This document shows, one piece after another, positions 24,601 to 39,900 of a stretch of DNA of 64,000 nucleotides. The stretch's first letter is position 1. Each line of letters opens with the position of its first letter. The translations under genes and the position numbers were made by a program. The notes under the pieces are model-generated. The model saw only the letters and a list, made by a program, of their open reading frames with translations. It made no database searches and was not told where the DNA came from. The DNA comes from the human T2T-CHM13v2.0 reference genome, Homo sapiens, in the NCBI RefSeq assembly GCF_009914755.1, contig NC_060928.1. One strand, 5' to 3'.

Positions 24601-27600
24601 TGAACCTTTGTTTGGATACAGCATTTTGGAAACATTCCTTTAGTAGAATCTGCAAGTTGATATTTAGATAGCTTTGAAGATTTCGTTGGAAACGGGAATA
24701 TCTTCATAAAAAATCTAGACGGAAGCATTGTCAGAAACTGCTTTGTGATGTTTGCATTCAAGTCACAGAGTTAAATATTCTTTTACAGAGCAGGTTTGAA
24801 ACACTCTTTCTGCACTCCCTGGAAGTGGAGATTTCGAGCGCTTTGAGGCCTATGGTGAAAAAGGAAATATCTTCCCATAAAAACTAGACGGAAGCCTTCT
24901 AAGAAACTTGTTTGAGATGTGTGTATTCAACTAAGAGCGTTGAACATTTCTTTTTACAGAGCAGTTTTAAAACACTCTTTTTGTGGAATCTGAAAGTGGA
25001 TAATTGGATAGCTTTGTGGATTTCGTTGGAAACGGGATGACGTATAAAATCTAGAGAGAAGCATTCTCAGGAACTTCTTTCTGATGTTTGCATTCAAGTC
25101 ACAGAATTGAACATTCCTTTTCATAGTGCAGGTTTGAAACACTCTTTCTGTAGTATGTGGAAGTGGAAATTTCAAGCGCTTTCAGGCCTATGGGGAAAAA
25201 GGAAATATCTTCAAATAAAAACTAGACAGAAAGATTCTCAGAAACTTATTGGTGATGTGTGTCCTAAACGAACACAGTTGAACCTTTGTTTTGATACAGC
25301 ATTTTGGAAACACTCCCTTTGTAGAATCTGCAGGTGGATATTTGGATAGATTTTAAGATTTCATTGGAAACGGGAATTTCTTCATAGAAACTCAAGACAG
25401 ATGCATTCTCAGAAACTTCTCTGTGATGTTTGCATTCCACTCATAGAGTTGAAAACTTCCTTTCATAGAGCAGGTTTGAAACACTCTTTTTGTAATATTT
25501 GGAAGTGGACATTTGCAGCGCTTTGAGGCCTATGGTGAAAAAGGAAATATCTTCTCATAAAAACCAGAAACAAGCATTCTCAGAAACTTCTTTTTGATGT
25601 GTGTACTCAAGTAACAGAGTTGAACCTTCCTTTTGACACAGCAGTTTTGAAACAATCTTTTTGTAGAATCTGCAAGTGGATATTTGGATAGCTTTGAGGA
25701 TTTCGTTGGAAACGGGATATCTTCATATAAAATCTAGACAGAAGCATTCTCAGAAACTTCTTTGTGCTGTATGTCCTCAATTAACAGAGTTGAACCATTG
25801 CTTGGATACAGCATTTTGGAAACATTCCTTTAGTAGAATCTGCAAGTTGATGTTTAGATAGATTTGAAGATTTCGTTGGAAACGGGAATATCTTCATATA
25901 AAATCTAGACGGAGGCATTCTCAGAAACTGCTTTGTGATGTTTCCATTCAAGTCACAGAGTTGAATATTCTCTTTTATAGAGCACGTTTGAAACAATCTT
26001 TCTGCACTATCTGGAAGTGGACATTTCGAGCGCTGTGAGGCCTATGGTGAAAAAGGAAATATCTTCCCATAAAAACTAGACAGAAGCATTCTCAGAAACT
26101 TGTTTGTGATGTGTGTATTCAACTAACAGACATGAACTTTTGTTTTTACAGAGCAGTTTTAAGACAATCTTTTTGTGGAATCAGAAAGTGGATATTCGGA
26201 TGGCTTTGAGGACTTCGTTGGAAGCGGGATTACATATAAAATCTAGAGAGAAGCATTCTCAGGAACTTCTTTGTGATGTTTGCATTGAAGTCACAGAATT
26301 GAACATGCACTTTGATAGAGAAGGTTTGAAACACTCATTCTGTAGTATCTGGAAGCGGACATTTCAAGCGCTTTCAGGCCTATGGTGAGAAAGGAAATAT
26401 CTTCAAATAAAAACTAGACAGAAGCCTCCTCAGAAACTTACTTGTGATGTGTGTCCTCAACTAACAGAGTTGAAACTTTGTTTTCATACAGCATTTTGGA
26501 AACACTCTTTTTGTAGAATCTGCAGGTGGATATTTGGATAGCTTAGAGGGATTCGTTGGAAAGGGGATATCTTCATATAAAATCTAGACAGAAGCATTCT
26601 CAGAAACTTATTTGTGATGTGTGTCCTCAACTAACAGAGTTGAACCTTGGTTTTGATACAGCATTTTGGAAACACTCCTTTTGTAGAATCTGCAGGTGGA
26701 TATGTGGATAGCTTTGAAGATTTCGTTGGAAACGGGAATTTCTTCATATAAAATCAAACAGAAGCATTCTCAGAAACTTCTCTGTGATGTTTGCATTCAG
26801 CTGATGGAGTTGAACACTTCCTTTCATAGAGCAGGTTTGAAACACTCTTTCTGCACTACCAGGAAGTGGACAATACGAGCGCTTTGAGGCCTATGGTGAA
26901 AAAGGAAATATCTTCTCATAAAAACCAGAAAGAAGCGTTCTCAGAAACTTCTTTGTATTCTGTGTACTCATGTAACAGTGTTGAACCATCCTTTTGACAG
27001 AGCAGTTTTGAAACACTCTTTTTGTAGAATCTGCAAGCGGATATTTGGATAGCTTTGAGGATTTCGTTGGAAACGGGTTATCTTCATATTAAATCTAGAC
27101 AGAAGCATTCTCAGAAACTTCTTTGTGCTGTATGTCCTCAATTCACAGAGTTGAACATTTGTTTGGATACAGCATTTTGGAAACATTCCTTTAGTAGAAT
27201 CTGCAAGTTGATATTTAGAGAGCTTTGAAGATTTCGTTGGAAACGGGAATATCTTCATAAAAAATCTAGACGGAAGCATTGTCAGAAACTGCTTTGTGAT
27301 GTTTGCATTCAAGTCACAGAGTTAAATATTCTTTTACAGAGCAGGTTTGAATCACTCTTTCTGCACTCCCTGGAAGTGGAGATTTCGAGCGCTTTGAGGC
27401 CTATGGTGAAAAAGGAAATATCTTCCCATAAAAACTAGACGGAAGCCTTCTCAGAAACTTGTTTGAGATGTGTGTATTCAACTAAGAGCGTTGAACATTT
27501 CTTTTTACAGAGCAGTTTTAAAACACTCTTTTTGTGGAATCTGAAAGTGGATAATTGGATAGCTTTGTGGATTTCGTTGGAAACGGGATGACGTATAAAA

Positions 27601-30600
27601 TCTAGAGAGAAGCATTCTCAGGAACTGCTTTCTGATGTTTGCATTCAAGTCACAGAATTGAACATTCCTTTTCATAGTGCAGGTTTGAAACACTCTTTCT
27701 GTAGTATCTGGAAGTGGACATTTCAAGCGCTTTCAGGCCTATGGGGAGAAAGGAAATATCTTCAAATAAAAACTAGACAGAAGGATTCTCAGAAACTTAT
27801 TGGTGATGTGTGTCCTAAACGAACACAGTTGAACCTTTGTTTTGATACAGCATTTTGGAAACACTCCCTTTGTAGAATCTGCAGGTGGATATTTGGATAG
27901 ATTTTAAGATTTCGTTGGAAACGGGAATTTCTTCATATAAACTCAAGACAGATGCATTCTCAGAAACTTCTCTGTGATGTTTGCATTCCACTCATAGAGT
28001 TGAAAACTTCCTTTCATAGAGCAGGTTTGAAACACTCTTTTTGTAATATTTGGAAGTGGACATTTGCAGCGCTTTGAGGCCTATGGTGAAAAAGGAAATA
28101 TCTTCTCATAAAAACCAGAAACAAGCATTCTCAGAAACTTCTTTTTGATGTGTGTACTCAAGTAACAGAGTTGAACCTTCCTTTTGACACAACAGTTTTG
28201 AAACAATCTTTTTGTAGAATCTGCAAGTGGATATTTGGATAGCTTTGAGGATTTCGTTGGAAACGGGATATCTTCATATAAAATCTAGACAGAAGCATTC
28301 TCAGAAACTTCTTTGTGCTGTATGTCCTCAATTAACAGAGTTGAACCATTGCTTGGATACAGCATTTTGGAAACATTCCTTTAGTAGAATCTGCAAGTTG
28401 ATATTTAGATAGATTTGAAGATTTCGTTGGAAACTGGACTATCTTCATATAAAATCTAGACGGAGGCATTCTCAGAAACTGCTTTGTGATGTTTCCATTC
28501 AAGTCACAGAGTTGAATATTCTCTTTTATAGAGCACGTTTGAAACACTCTTTCTGCACTATCTGGAAATGGACATTTCGAGCGCTGTGAGGCCTATGGTG
28601 AAAAAGGAAATATCTTCCCATAAAAACTAGACAGAAGCATTCTCAGAAACTTGTTTATGATGTGTGTATTCAACTAACAGACTTGAACTTTTGTTTTTAC
28701 AGAGCAGTTTTAAGACAATCTTTTTGTGGAATCAGAAAGTGGATATTCGGATGGCTTTGAGGATTTCGCTGGCAGCGGGATTACATGTAAAATCTAGAGA
28801 GAAGCATTCTCAGGAAATACTTTGTGATGTTTGCATTGAAGTCACAGAATTGAACATTCACTTTGATGGAGCAGGTTTGAAACACTCATTCTTTAGTATC
28901 TGGAAGCGGACAATTCAAGCGCTTCAGGCCTATGGGGAGAAAGGAAATATCTTCAAATAAAAACTAGACAGAAGCATCCTCAGAAACTTATTTGTGATGT
29001 GTGTCCTCAACTAACAGAGTTGAAACTTTGTTTTGATATAGCGTTTTGGAAACACTCTTTTTGTAGAATCTGCAGGTGGATATTTGGATAGCTTAGAGGG
29101 ATTCGTTGGAAAGGGGATATCTTCATACAAAATCTAGACAGAAGCATTCTCAGAAACTTATTTGTGATGTGTGTCCTCAACTAACAGAGTTGAACCTTGG
29201 TTTTGATACAGCATTTTGGAAACACTCCTTTTGTAGAATCTGCAGGTGGATATGTGGATAGCTTTGAAGATTTCGTTGGAAACGGGAATTTCTTCATATA
29301 AAATCAAACAGAAGCATTCTCAGAAACTTCTCTGTGATGTTTGCATTCAGCTCATGGAGTTGAACACTTCCTTTCATAGAGCAGGTTTGAAACACTCTTT
29401 CTGCACTACCAGGAAGTGGACAATACGAGCGCTTTGAGGCCTATGGTGAAAAAGGAAATATCTTCTCATAAAAACCAGAAAGAAGCGTTCTCAGAAACTT
29501 CTTTGTAATCTGTGTACTCATGTAACAGTGTTGAACCATCCTTTTGACAGAGCAGTTTTGAAACACTCTTTTTGTAGAATCTGCAAGTGGATATTTGGAT
29601 AGCTTTGAGGATTTCGTTGGAAACGGGTTATCTTCATATTAAATCTAGACAGAAGCATTCTCAGAAACTTCTTTGTGCTGTATGTCCTCAATTCACAGAG
29701 TTGAACCTTTGTTTGGATACAGCATTTTGGAAACATTCCTTTAGTAGAATCTGCAAGTTGATATTTAGATAGCTTTGAAGATTTCGTTGGAAACGGGAAT
29801 ATCTTCATAAAAAATCTAGACGGAAGCATTGTCAGAAACTGCTTTGTGATGTTTGCATTCAAGTCACAGAGTTAAATATTCTTTTACAGAGCAGGTTTGA
29901 AACACTCTTTCTGCACTCCCTGGAAGTGGAGATTTCGAGCGCTTTGAGGCCTATGGTGAAAAAGGAAATATCTTCCCATAAAAACTAGACGGAAGCCTTC
30001 TCAGAAACTTCTTTGAGATGTGTGTATTCAACTAAGAGCGTTGAACATTTCTTTTTACAGAGCAGTTTTAAAACACTCTTTTGTGGAATCTGAAAGTGGA
30101 TAATTGGATAGCTTTGTGGATTTCGTTGGAAACGGGATGACGTATAAAATCTAGAGAGAAGCATTCTCAGGAACTTCTTTCTGATGTTTGCATTCAAGTC
30201 ACAGAATTGAACATTCCTTTTCATAGTGCAGGTTTGAAACACTCTTTCTGTAGTATCTGGAAGTGGACATTTCAAGCGCTTTCAGGCCTATGGGGAGAAA
30301 GGAAATATCTTCAAATAAAAACTAGACAGAAGGATTCTCAGAAACTTATTTGTGATGTGTGTCCTAAACGAACACAGTTGAACCTTTGTTTTGATACAGC
30401 ATTTTGGAAACACTCCCTTTGTAGAATCTGCAGGTGGATATTTGGATAGATTTTAAGATTTCGTTGGAAACGGGAATTTCTTCATATAAACTCAAGACAG
30501 ATGCGTTCTCCGAAACTTCTCTGTGATGTTTGCATTCCACTCATAGAGTTGAAAACTTCCTTTCATAGAGCAGGTTTGAAACACTCTTTTTGTAATATTT

Positions 30601-33600
30601 GGAAGTGGACATTTGCAGCGCTTTGAGGCCTATGGTGAAAAAGGAAATATCTTCTGATAAACACCAGAAACAAGCATTCTCAGAAACTTCTTTTTGATGT
30701 GTGTACTCAAGTAACAGAGTTGAACCTTCCTTTTGACACAGCAGTTTTGAAACAATCTTTTTGTAGAATCTGCAAGTGGATATTTGGATAGCTTTGAGGA
30801 TTTCGTTGGAAACGGGATATCTTCATATAAAATCTAGACAGAAGCATTCTCAGAAACTTCTTTGTGCTGTATGTCCTCAATTAACAGAGTTGAACCATTG
30901 CTTGGATACAGCATTTTGGAAACATTCCTTTAGTAGAACCTGCAAGTTGATATTTAGATAGATTTGAAGATTTCGTTGGAAACGGGAATATATTCATATA
31001 AAATCTAGACGGAGGCATTCTCAGAAACTGCTTTGTGATGTTTCCGTTCAAGTCACAGAGTTGAATATTCTCTTTAATAGAGCACGTTTGAAACACTCTT
31101 TCTGCACTATCTGGAAGTGGACATTTCGAGCGCTTTGAGGCCTATGGTGAAAAAGGAAATATCTTCCCATAAAAACTAGACAGAAGCATTCTCAGAAACT
31201 TGTTTGTGATGTGTGTATTCAACTAACAGACTTGAACTTTTGTTTTTACAGAGCAGTTTTAAGACAATCTTTTTGTGGAATCAGAAAGTGGATATTCGGA
31301 TGGCTTTGAGGACTTCGTTGGAAGCGGGATTACATATAAAATCTAGAGAGAAGCATTCTCAGGAACTTCTTTGGGATGTTTGCATTGAAGTCACAGAATT
31401 GAACATTCACTTTGATAGAGCAGGTTTGAAACACTCATTCTGTAGTATCTGGAAGTGGACATTTCAAGTGCTTTCAGGCCTATGGGGAGAAAGGAAATAT
31501 CTTCAAATAAAAACTAGACAGAAGCATCCTCAGAAACTTATTTGTGATGTGTGTCCTCAACTAACAGAGTTGAAACTTTGTTTTGATACAGCATTTTGGA
31601 AACACTCTTTTTGTAGAATCTGCAGGTGGATATTTGGATAGCTTAGAGGGATTCGTTGGAAAGGGGATATCTTCATATAAAATCTAGACAGAAGCATTCT
31701 CAGAAACTTATTTGTGATGTGTGTCCTCAACTAACAGAGTTGAACCTTGGTTTTGATACAGCATTTTGGAAACACTCCTTTTGTAGAATCTGCAGGTGGA
31801 TATGTGGATAGCTTTGAAGATTTCGTTGGAAACGGGAATTTCTTCATATAAAATCAAACAGAGGCATTCTCAGAAACTTCTCTGTGATGTTTGCATTCAG
31901 CTCATGGAGTTGAACACTTCCTTTCATAGAGCAGGTTTGAAACACTCTTTCTGCACTACCAGGAAGTGGACATTTCGAGCGCTTTGAGGCCTATGGTGAA
32001 AAAGGAAATATCTTCTCATAAAAACCAGAAAGAAGCGTTCTCAGAAACTTCTTTGTGTTGTGTGTACTCATGTAACAGTGTTGAACCATCCTTTTGACAG
32101 AGCAGTTTTGAAACACTCTTTTTGTAGAATCTGCAAGTGGATATTTGGATAGCTTTGAGGATTTCGTTGGAAACGGGTTATCTTCATATTAAATCTAGAC
32201 AGAAGCATTCTCAGAAACTTCTTTGTGCTGTATGTCCTCAATTCACAGAGTTGAACCTTTGTTTGGATACAGCATTTTGGAAACATTCCTTTAGTAGAAT
32301 CTGCAAGTTGATATTTAGATAGCTTTGAAGATTTCGTTGGAAACGGGAATATCTTCATAAAAAATCTAGACGGAAGCATTGTCAGAAACTGCTTTGTGAT
32401 GTTTGCATTCAAGTCACAGAGTTAAATATTCTTTTACAGAGCAGGTTTGAAACACTCTTTCTGCACTCCCTGGAAGTGGAGATTTCGAGCGCTTTGAGGC
32501 CTATGGTGAAAAAGGAAATATCTTCCCATAAAAACTAGACGGAAGCCTTCTCAGAAACTTCTTTGAGATGTGTGTATTCAACTAAGAGCGTTGAACATTT
32601 CTTTTTACAGAGCAGTTTTAAAACACTCTTTTGTGGAATCTGAAAGTGGATAATTGGATAGCTTTGTGGATTTCGTTGGAAACGGGATGACGTATAAAAT
32701 CTAGAGAGAAGCATTCTCAGGAACTTCTTTCTGATGTTTGCATTCAAGTCACAGAATTGAACATTCCTTTTCATAGTGCAGGTTTGAAACACTCTTTCTG
32801 TAGTATCTGGAAGTGGACATTTCAAGCGCTTTCAGGCCTATGGGGAGAAAGGAAATATCTTCAAATAAAAACTAGACAGAAGGATTCTCAGAAACTTATT
32901 GGTGATGTGTGTCCTAAACGAACACAGTTGAACCTTTGTTTTGATACAGCATTTTGGAAACACTCCCTTTGTAGAATCTGCAGGTGGATATTTGGATAGA
33001 TTTTAAGATTTCGTTGGAAACGGGAATTTCTTCATATAAACTCAAGACAGATGCGTTCTCCGAAACTTCTCTGTGATGTTTGCATTCCACTCATAGAGTT
33101 GAAAAGTTCCTTTCATAGAGCAGGTTTGAAACACTCTTTTTGTAATATTTGGAAGTGGACATTTGCAGCGCTTTGAGGCCTATGGTGAAAAAGGAAATAT
33201 CTTCTCATAAAAACCAGAAACAAGCATTCTCAGAAACTTCTTTTTGATGTGTGTACTCAAGTAACAGAGTTGAACCTTCCTTTTGACACAGCAGTTTTGA
33301 AACAATCTTTTTGTAGAATCTGCAAGTGGATATTTGGATAGCTTTGAGGATTTCGTTGGAAACGGGATATCTTCATATAAAATCTAGACAGAAGCATTCT
33401 CAGAAACTTCTTTGTGCTGTATGTCCTCAATTAACAGAGTTGAACCATTGCTTGGATACAGCATTTTGGAAACATTCCTTTAGTAGAACCTGCAAGTTGA
33501 TATTTAGATAGATTTGAAGATTTCGTTGGAAACGGGAATATATTCATATAAAATCTAGACGGAGGCATTCTCAGAAACCGCTTTGTGATGTTTCCATTCA

Positions 33601-36600
33601 AGTCACAGAGTTGAATATTCTCTTTAATAGAGCACGTTTGAAACACTCTTTCTGCACTATCTGGAAGTGGACATTTCGAGCGCTTTGAGGCCTATGGTGA
33701 AAAAGGAAATATCTTCCCATAAAAACTAGACAGAAGCATTCTCAGAAACTTGTTTGTGATGTGTGTATTCAACTAACAGACTTGAACTTTTGTTTTTACA
33801 GAGCAGTTTTAAGACAATCTTTTTGTGGAATCAGAAAGTGGATATTCGGATGGCTTTGAGGACTTCGTTGGAAGCGGGATTACATATAAAATCTAGAGAG
33901 AAGCATTCTCAGGAACTTCTTTGTGATGTTTGCATTGAAGTCACAGAATTGAACATTCACTTTGATAGAGCAGGTTTGAAACACTCATTCTGTAGTATCT
34001 GGAAGTGGACATTTCAAGCGCTTTCAGGCCTATAGGGAGAAAGGAAATATCTTCAAATAAAAACTAGACAGAAGCATCCTCAGAAACTTATTTGTGATGT
34101 GTGTCCTCAACTAACAGAGTTGAAACTTTGTTTTGAAACAGCATTTTGGAAACACTCTTTTTGTAGAATCTGCAGGTGGATATTTGGATAGCTTAGAGGG
34201 ATTCGTTGGAAAGGGGATATCTTCATATAAAATCTAGACAGAAGCATTCTCAGAAACTTATTTGTGATGTGTGTCCTCAACTAACAGAGTTGAACCTTGG
34301 TTTTGATACAGCATTTTGGAAACACTCCTTTTGTAGAATCTGCAGGTGGATATGTGGATAGCTTTGAAGATTTCGTTGGAAACGGGAATTTCTTCATATA
34401 AAATCAAACAGAGGCATTCTCAGAAACTTCTCTGTGATGTTTGCATTCAGCTCATGGAGTTGAACACTTCCTTTCATAGAGCAGGTTTGAAACACTCTTT
34501 CTGCACTACCAGGAAGTGGACATTTCGAGCGCTTTGAGGCCTATGGTGAAAAAGGAAATATCTTCTCATAAAAACCAGAAAGAAGCGTTCTCAGAAACTT
34601 CTTTGTGTTGTGTGTACTCATGTAACAGTGTTGAACCATCCTTTTGACAGAGCAGTTTTGAAACACTCTTTTTGTAGAATCTGCAAGTGGATATTTGGAT
34701 AGCTTTGAGGATTTCATTGGAAACGGGTTATCTTCATATTAAATCTAGACAGAAGTATTCTCAGAAACTTCTTTGTGCTGTATGTCCTCAATTCACAGAG
34801 TTGAACCTTTGTTTGGATACAGCATTTTGGAAACATTCCTTTAGTAGAATCTGCAAGTTGATATTTAGATAGCTTTGAAGATTTCGTTGGAAACGGGAAT
34901 ATCTTCATAAAAAATCTAGACGGAAGCATTGTCAGAAACTGCTTTGTGATGTTTGCATTCAAGTCACAGAGTTAAATATTCTTTTACAGAGCAGGTTTGA
35001 AACACTCTTTCTGCACTCGCTGGAAGTGGAGATTTCGAGCGCTTTGAGGCCTATGGTGAAAAAGGAAATATCTTCCCATAAAAACTAGACGGAAGCCTTC
35101 TCAGAAACTTGTTTGAGATGTGTGTATTCAACTAACAGCATTGAACATTTCTTTTTACAGAGCAGTTTTAAAACACTCTTTTGTGGAATCTGAAAGTGGA
35201 TAATTGGATAGCTTTGTGGATTTCGTTGGAAACGGGATGACGTATAAAATCTAGAGAGAAGCATTCTCAGGAACTTCTTTCTGATGTTTGCATTCAAGTC
35301 ACAGAATTGAACATTCCTTTTCATAGTGCAGGTTTGAAACACTCTTTCTGTAGTATCTGGAAGTGGACATTTCAAGCGCTTTCAGGCCTACGGGGAGAAA
35401 GGAAATATCTTCAAATAAAAACTAGACAGAAGGATTCTCAGAAACTTATTGGTGATGTGTGTCCTAAACGAACACAGTTGAACCTTTGTTTTGATACAGC
35501 ATTTTGGAAACACTCCCTTTGTAGAATCTGCACGTGGATATTTGGATAGATTTTAAGATTTCGTTGGAAACGGGAATTTCTTCATATAAACTCAAGACAG
35601 ATGCATTCTCCGAAACTTCTCTGTGATGTTTGCATTCCACTCATAGAGTTGAAAACATCCTTTCATAGAGCAGGTTTGAAACACTCTTTTTGTGATATTT
35701 GGAAGTGGACATTTGCAGCGCTTTGAGGCCTATGGTGAAAAAGGAAATATCTTCTCATAAAAACCAGAAACAAGCATTCTCAGAAACTTCTTTTTGATGT
35801 GTGTACTCAAGTAACAGAGTTGAACCTTCCTTTTGACACAGCAGTTTTGAAACAATCTTTTTGTAGAATCTGCAAGTGGATATTTGGATAGCTTTGAGGA
35901 TTTCGTTGGAAACGGGATATCTTCATATAAAATCTAGACAGAAGCATTCTCAGAAACTTCTTTGTGCTGTATGTCCTCAATTAACAGAGTTGAACCATTG
36001 CTTGGATACAGCATTTTGGAAACATTCCTTTAGTAGAATCTGCAAGTTGATATTTAGATAGATTTGAAGATTTCGTTGGAAACGGGAATATCTTCATATA
36101 AAATCTAGACGGAGGCATTCTCAGAAACTGCTTTGTGATGTTTCCATTCAAGTCACAGAGTTGAATATTCTCTTTTATAGAGCACGTTTGAAACACTCTT
36201 TCTGCACTATCTGGAAGTGGACATTTCGAGCGCTGTGAGGCCTATGGTGAAAAAGGAAATATCTTCCCATAAAAACTAGACAGAAGCATTCTCAGAAACT
36301 TGTTTATGATGTGTGTATTCAACTAACAGACTTGAACTTTTGTTTTTACAGAGCAGTTTTAAGACAATCTTTTTGTGGAATCAGAAAGTGGATATTCGGA
36401 TGGCTTTGAGGACTTCGTTGGAAGCGGGATTACATATAAAATCTAGAGAGAAGCATTCTCAGGAACTACTTTGTGATGTTTGCATTGAAGTCACAGAATT
36501 GAACATTCACTTTGATAGAGCAGGTTTGAAACACTCATTCTGTAGTATCTGGAAGCGGACAATTCAAGCGCTTTCAGGCCTATGGGGAGAAAGGAAATAT

Positions 36601-36963
36601 CTTCAAATAAAAACTAGACAGAAGCATCCTCAGAAACTTATTTGTGATGTGTGTCCTCAACTAACAGTGTTGAAACTTTGTTTTGATACAGCATTTTGGA
36701 AACACTCTTTTTGTAGAATCTGCAGGTGGATATTTGGATAGCTTAGAGGGATTCGTTGGAAAGGGGATATCTTCATATAAAATCTAGACAGAAGCATTCT
36801 CAGAAACTTATTTGTGATGTGTGTCCTCAACTAACAGAGTTGAACCTTGGTTTTGATACAGCATTTTGGAAACACTCCTTTTGTAGAATCTGCAGGTGGA
36901 TATGTGGATAGCTTTGAAGATTTCGTTGGAAACTGAATTTCTTCATATAAAATCAAACAGAAG
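21663..36963 (+). repeat. 15-mer HOR domain (2549-2551 bp period), 6 copies
   Basis: Unit starts fall at 21663, 24214, 26765, 29315, 31865 and 34415, with the next at 36964. Diagnostic alleles include CAGCTCATGGAG, CACTACCAGG, GAAGCGTTCTC, ACTCATGTAAC, CATTGTCAG, AACTAAGAGCG and GCTTAGAGGGATTCGTTGGAAAGGGG. Confidence 0.97.
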
Positions 36964-39900
36964 CATTCTCAGAAACTTCTCTGTGATGTTTGCATTCAGC
37001 TCATGGAGTTGAACACTTCCTTTCATAGAGCAGGTTTGAAACACTCTTTCTGCACTACCAGGAAGTGGACATTTCGAGCGCTTTGAGGCCTATGGTGAAA
37101 AAGGAAATATCGTCTCATAAAAACCAGAAAGAAGCGTTCTCAGAAACTTCTTTGTGTTGTGTGTACTCATGTAACAGTGTTGAACCATCCTTTTGACAGA
37201 GCAGTTTTGAAACACTCTTTTTGTAGAATCTGCAAGTGGATATTTGGATAGCTTTGAGGATTTCATTGGAAACGGGTTATCTTCATATTAAATCTAGACA
37301 GAAGCATTCTCAGAAACTTCTTTGTGCTGTATGTCCTCAATTCACAGAGTTGAACCTTTGTTTGGATACAGCATTTTGGAAACATTCCTTTAGTAGAATC
37401 TGCAAGTTGATATTTAGATAGCTTTGAAGATTTCGTTGGAAACGGGAATATCTTCATAAAAAATCTAGACGGAAGCATTGTCAGAAACTGCTTTGTGATG
37501 TTTGCATTCAAGTCACAGAGTTAAATATTCTTTTACAGAGCAGGTTTGAAACACTCTTTCTGCACTCGCTGGAAGTGGAGATTTCGAGCGCTTTGAGGCC
37601 TATGGTGAAAAAGGAAATATCTTCCCATAAAAACTAGACGGAAGCCTTCTCAGAAACTTGTTTGAGATGTGTGTATTCAACTAAGAGCGTTGAACATTTC
37701 TTTTTACAGAGCAGTTTTAAAACACTCTTTTTGTGGAATCTGAAAGTGGATAATTGGATAGCTTTGTGGATTTCGTTGGAAACGGGATGACGTATAAAAT
37801 CTAGAGAGAAGCATTCTCAGGAACTTCTTTCTGATGTTTGCATTCAAGTCACAGAATTGAACATTCCTTTTCATAGTGCAGGTTTGAAACACTCTTTCTG
37901 TAGTATCTGGAAGTGGACATTTCAAGCGCTTTCAGGCCTATGGGGAGAAAGGAAATATCTTCAAATAAAAACTAGACAGAAGGATTCTCAGAAACTTATT
38001 GGTGATGTGTGTCCTAAACGAACACAGTTGAACCTTTGTTTTGATACAGCATTTTGGAAACACTCCCTTTGTAGAATCTGCAGGTGGATATTTGGATAGA
38101 TTTTAAGATTTCGTTGGAAACGGGAATTTCTTCATATAAACTCAAGACAGATGCATTCTCCGAAACTTCTCTGTGATGTTTGCATTCCACTCATAGAGTT
38201 GAAAACTTCCTTTCATAGAGCAGGTTTGAAACACTCTTTTTGTGATATTTGGAAGTGGACATTTGCAGCGCTTTGAGGCCTATGGTGAAAAAGGAAATAT
38301 CTTCTCATAAAAACCAGAAACAAGCATTCTCAGAAACTTCTTTTTGATGTGTGTACTCAAGTAACAGAGTTGAACCTTCCTTTTGACACAGCAGTTTTGA
38401 AACAATCTTTTTGTAGAATCTGCAAGTGGATATTTGGATAGCTTTGAGGATTTCGTTGGAAACGGGATATCTTCATATAAAATCTAGACAGAAGCATTCT
38501 CAGAAACTTCTTTGTGCTGTATGTCCTCAATTAACAGAGTTGAACCATTGCTTGGATACAGCATTTTGGAAACATTCCTTTAGTAGAATCTGCAAGTTGA
38601 TATTTAGATAGATTTGAAGATTTCGTTGGAAACGGGAATATCTTCATATAAAATCTAGACGGAGGCATTCTCAGAAACTGCTTTGTGATGTTTCCATTCA
38701 AGTCACAGAGTTGAATATTCTCTTTTATAGAGCACGTTTGAAACACTCTTTCTGCACTATCTGGAAGTGGACATTTCGAGCGCTGTGAGGCCTATGGTGA
38801 AAAAGGAAATATCTTCCCATAAAAACTAGACAGAAGCATTCTCAGAAACTTGTTTATGATGTGTGTATTCAACTAACAGACTTGAACTTTTGTTTTTACA
38901 GAGCAGTTTTAAGACAATCTTTTTGTGGAATCAGAAAGTGGGTATTCGGATGGCTTTGAGGACTTCGTTGGAAGCGGGATTACATATAAAATCTAGAGAG
39001 AAGCATTCTCAGGAACTTCTTTGTGATGTTTGCATTGAAGTCACAGAATTGAACATTCACTTTGATAGAGCAGGTTTGAAACACTCATTCTGTAGTATCT
39101 GGAAGCGGACAATTCAAGCGCTTTCAGGCCTATGGGGAGAAAGGAAATATCTTCAAATAAAAACTAGACAGAAGCATCCTCAGAAACTTATTTGTGATGT
39201 GTGTCCTCAACTAACAGTGTTGAAACTTTGTTTTGATACAGCATTTTGGAAACACTCTTTTTGTAGAATCTGCAGGTGGATATTTGGATAGCTTAGAGGG
39301 ATTCGTTGGAAAGGGGATATCTTCATATAAAATCTAGACAGAAGCATTCTCAGAAACTTATTTGTGATGTGTGTCCTCAACTAACAGAGTTGAACCTTGG
39401 TTTTGATACAGCATTTTGGAAACACTCCTTTTGTAGAATCTGCAGGTGGATATGTGGATAGCTTTGAAGATTTCGTTGGAAACGGGAATTTCTTCATATA
39501 AAATCAAACAGAAGCATTCTCAGAAACTTCTCTGTGATGTTTGCATTCAGCTCATGGAGTTGAACACTTCCTTTCATAGAGCAGGTTTGAAACACTCTTT
39601 CTGCACTACCAGGAAGTGGACATTTCGAGCGCTTTGAGGCCTATGGTGAAAAAGGAAATATCGTCTCATAAAAACCAGAAAGAAGCGTTCTCAGAAACTT
39701 CTTTGTGTTGTGTGTACTCATGTAACAGTGTTGAACCATCCTTTTGACAGAGCAGTTTTGAAACACTCTTTTTGTAGAATCTGCAAGTGGATATTTGGAT
39801 AGCTTTGAGGATTTCATTGGAAACGGGTTATCTTCATATTAAATCTAGACAGAAGCATTCTCAGAAACTTCTTTGTGCTGTATGTCCTCAATTCACAGAG

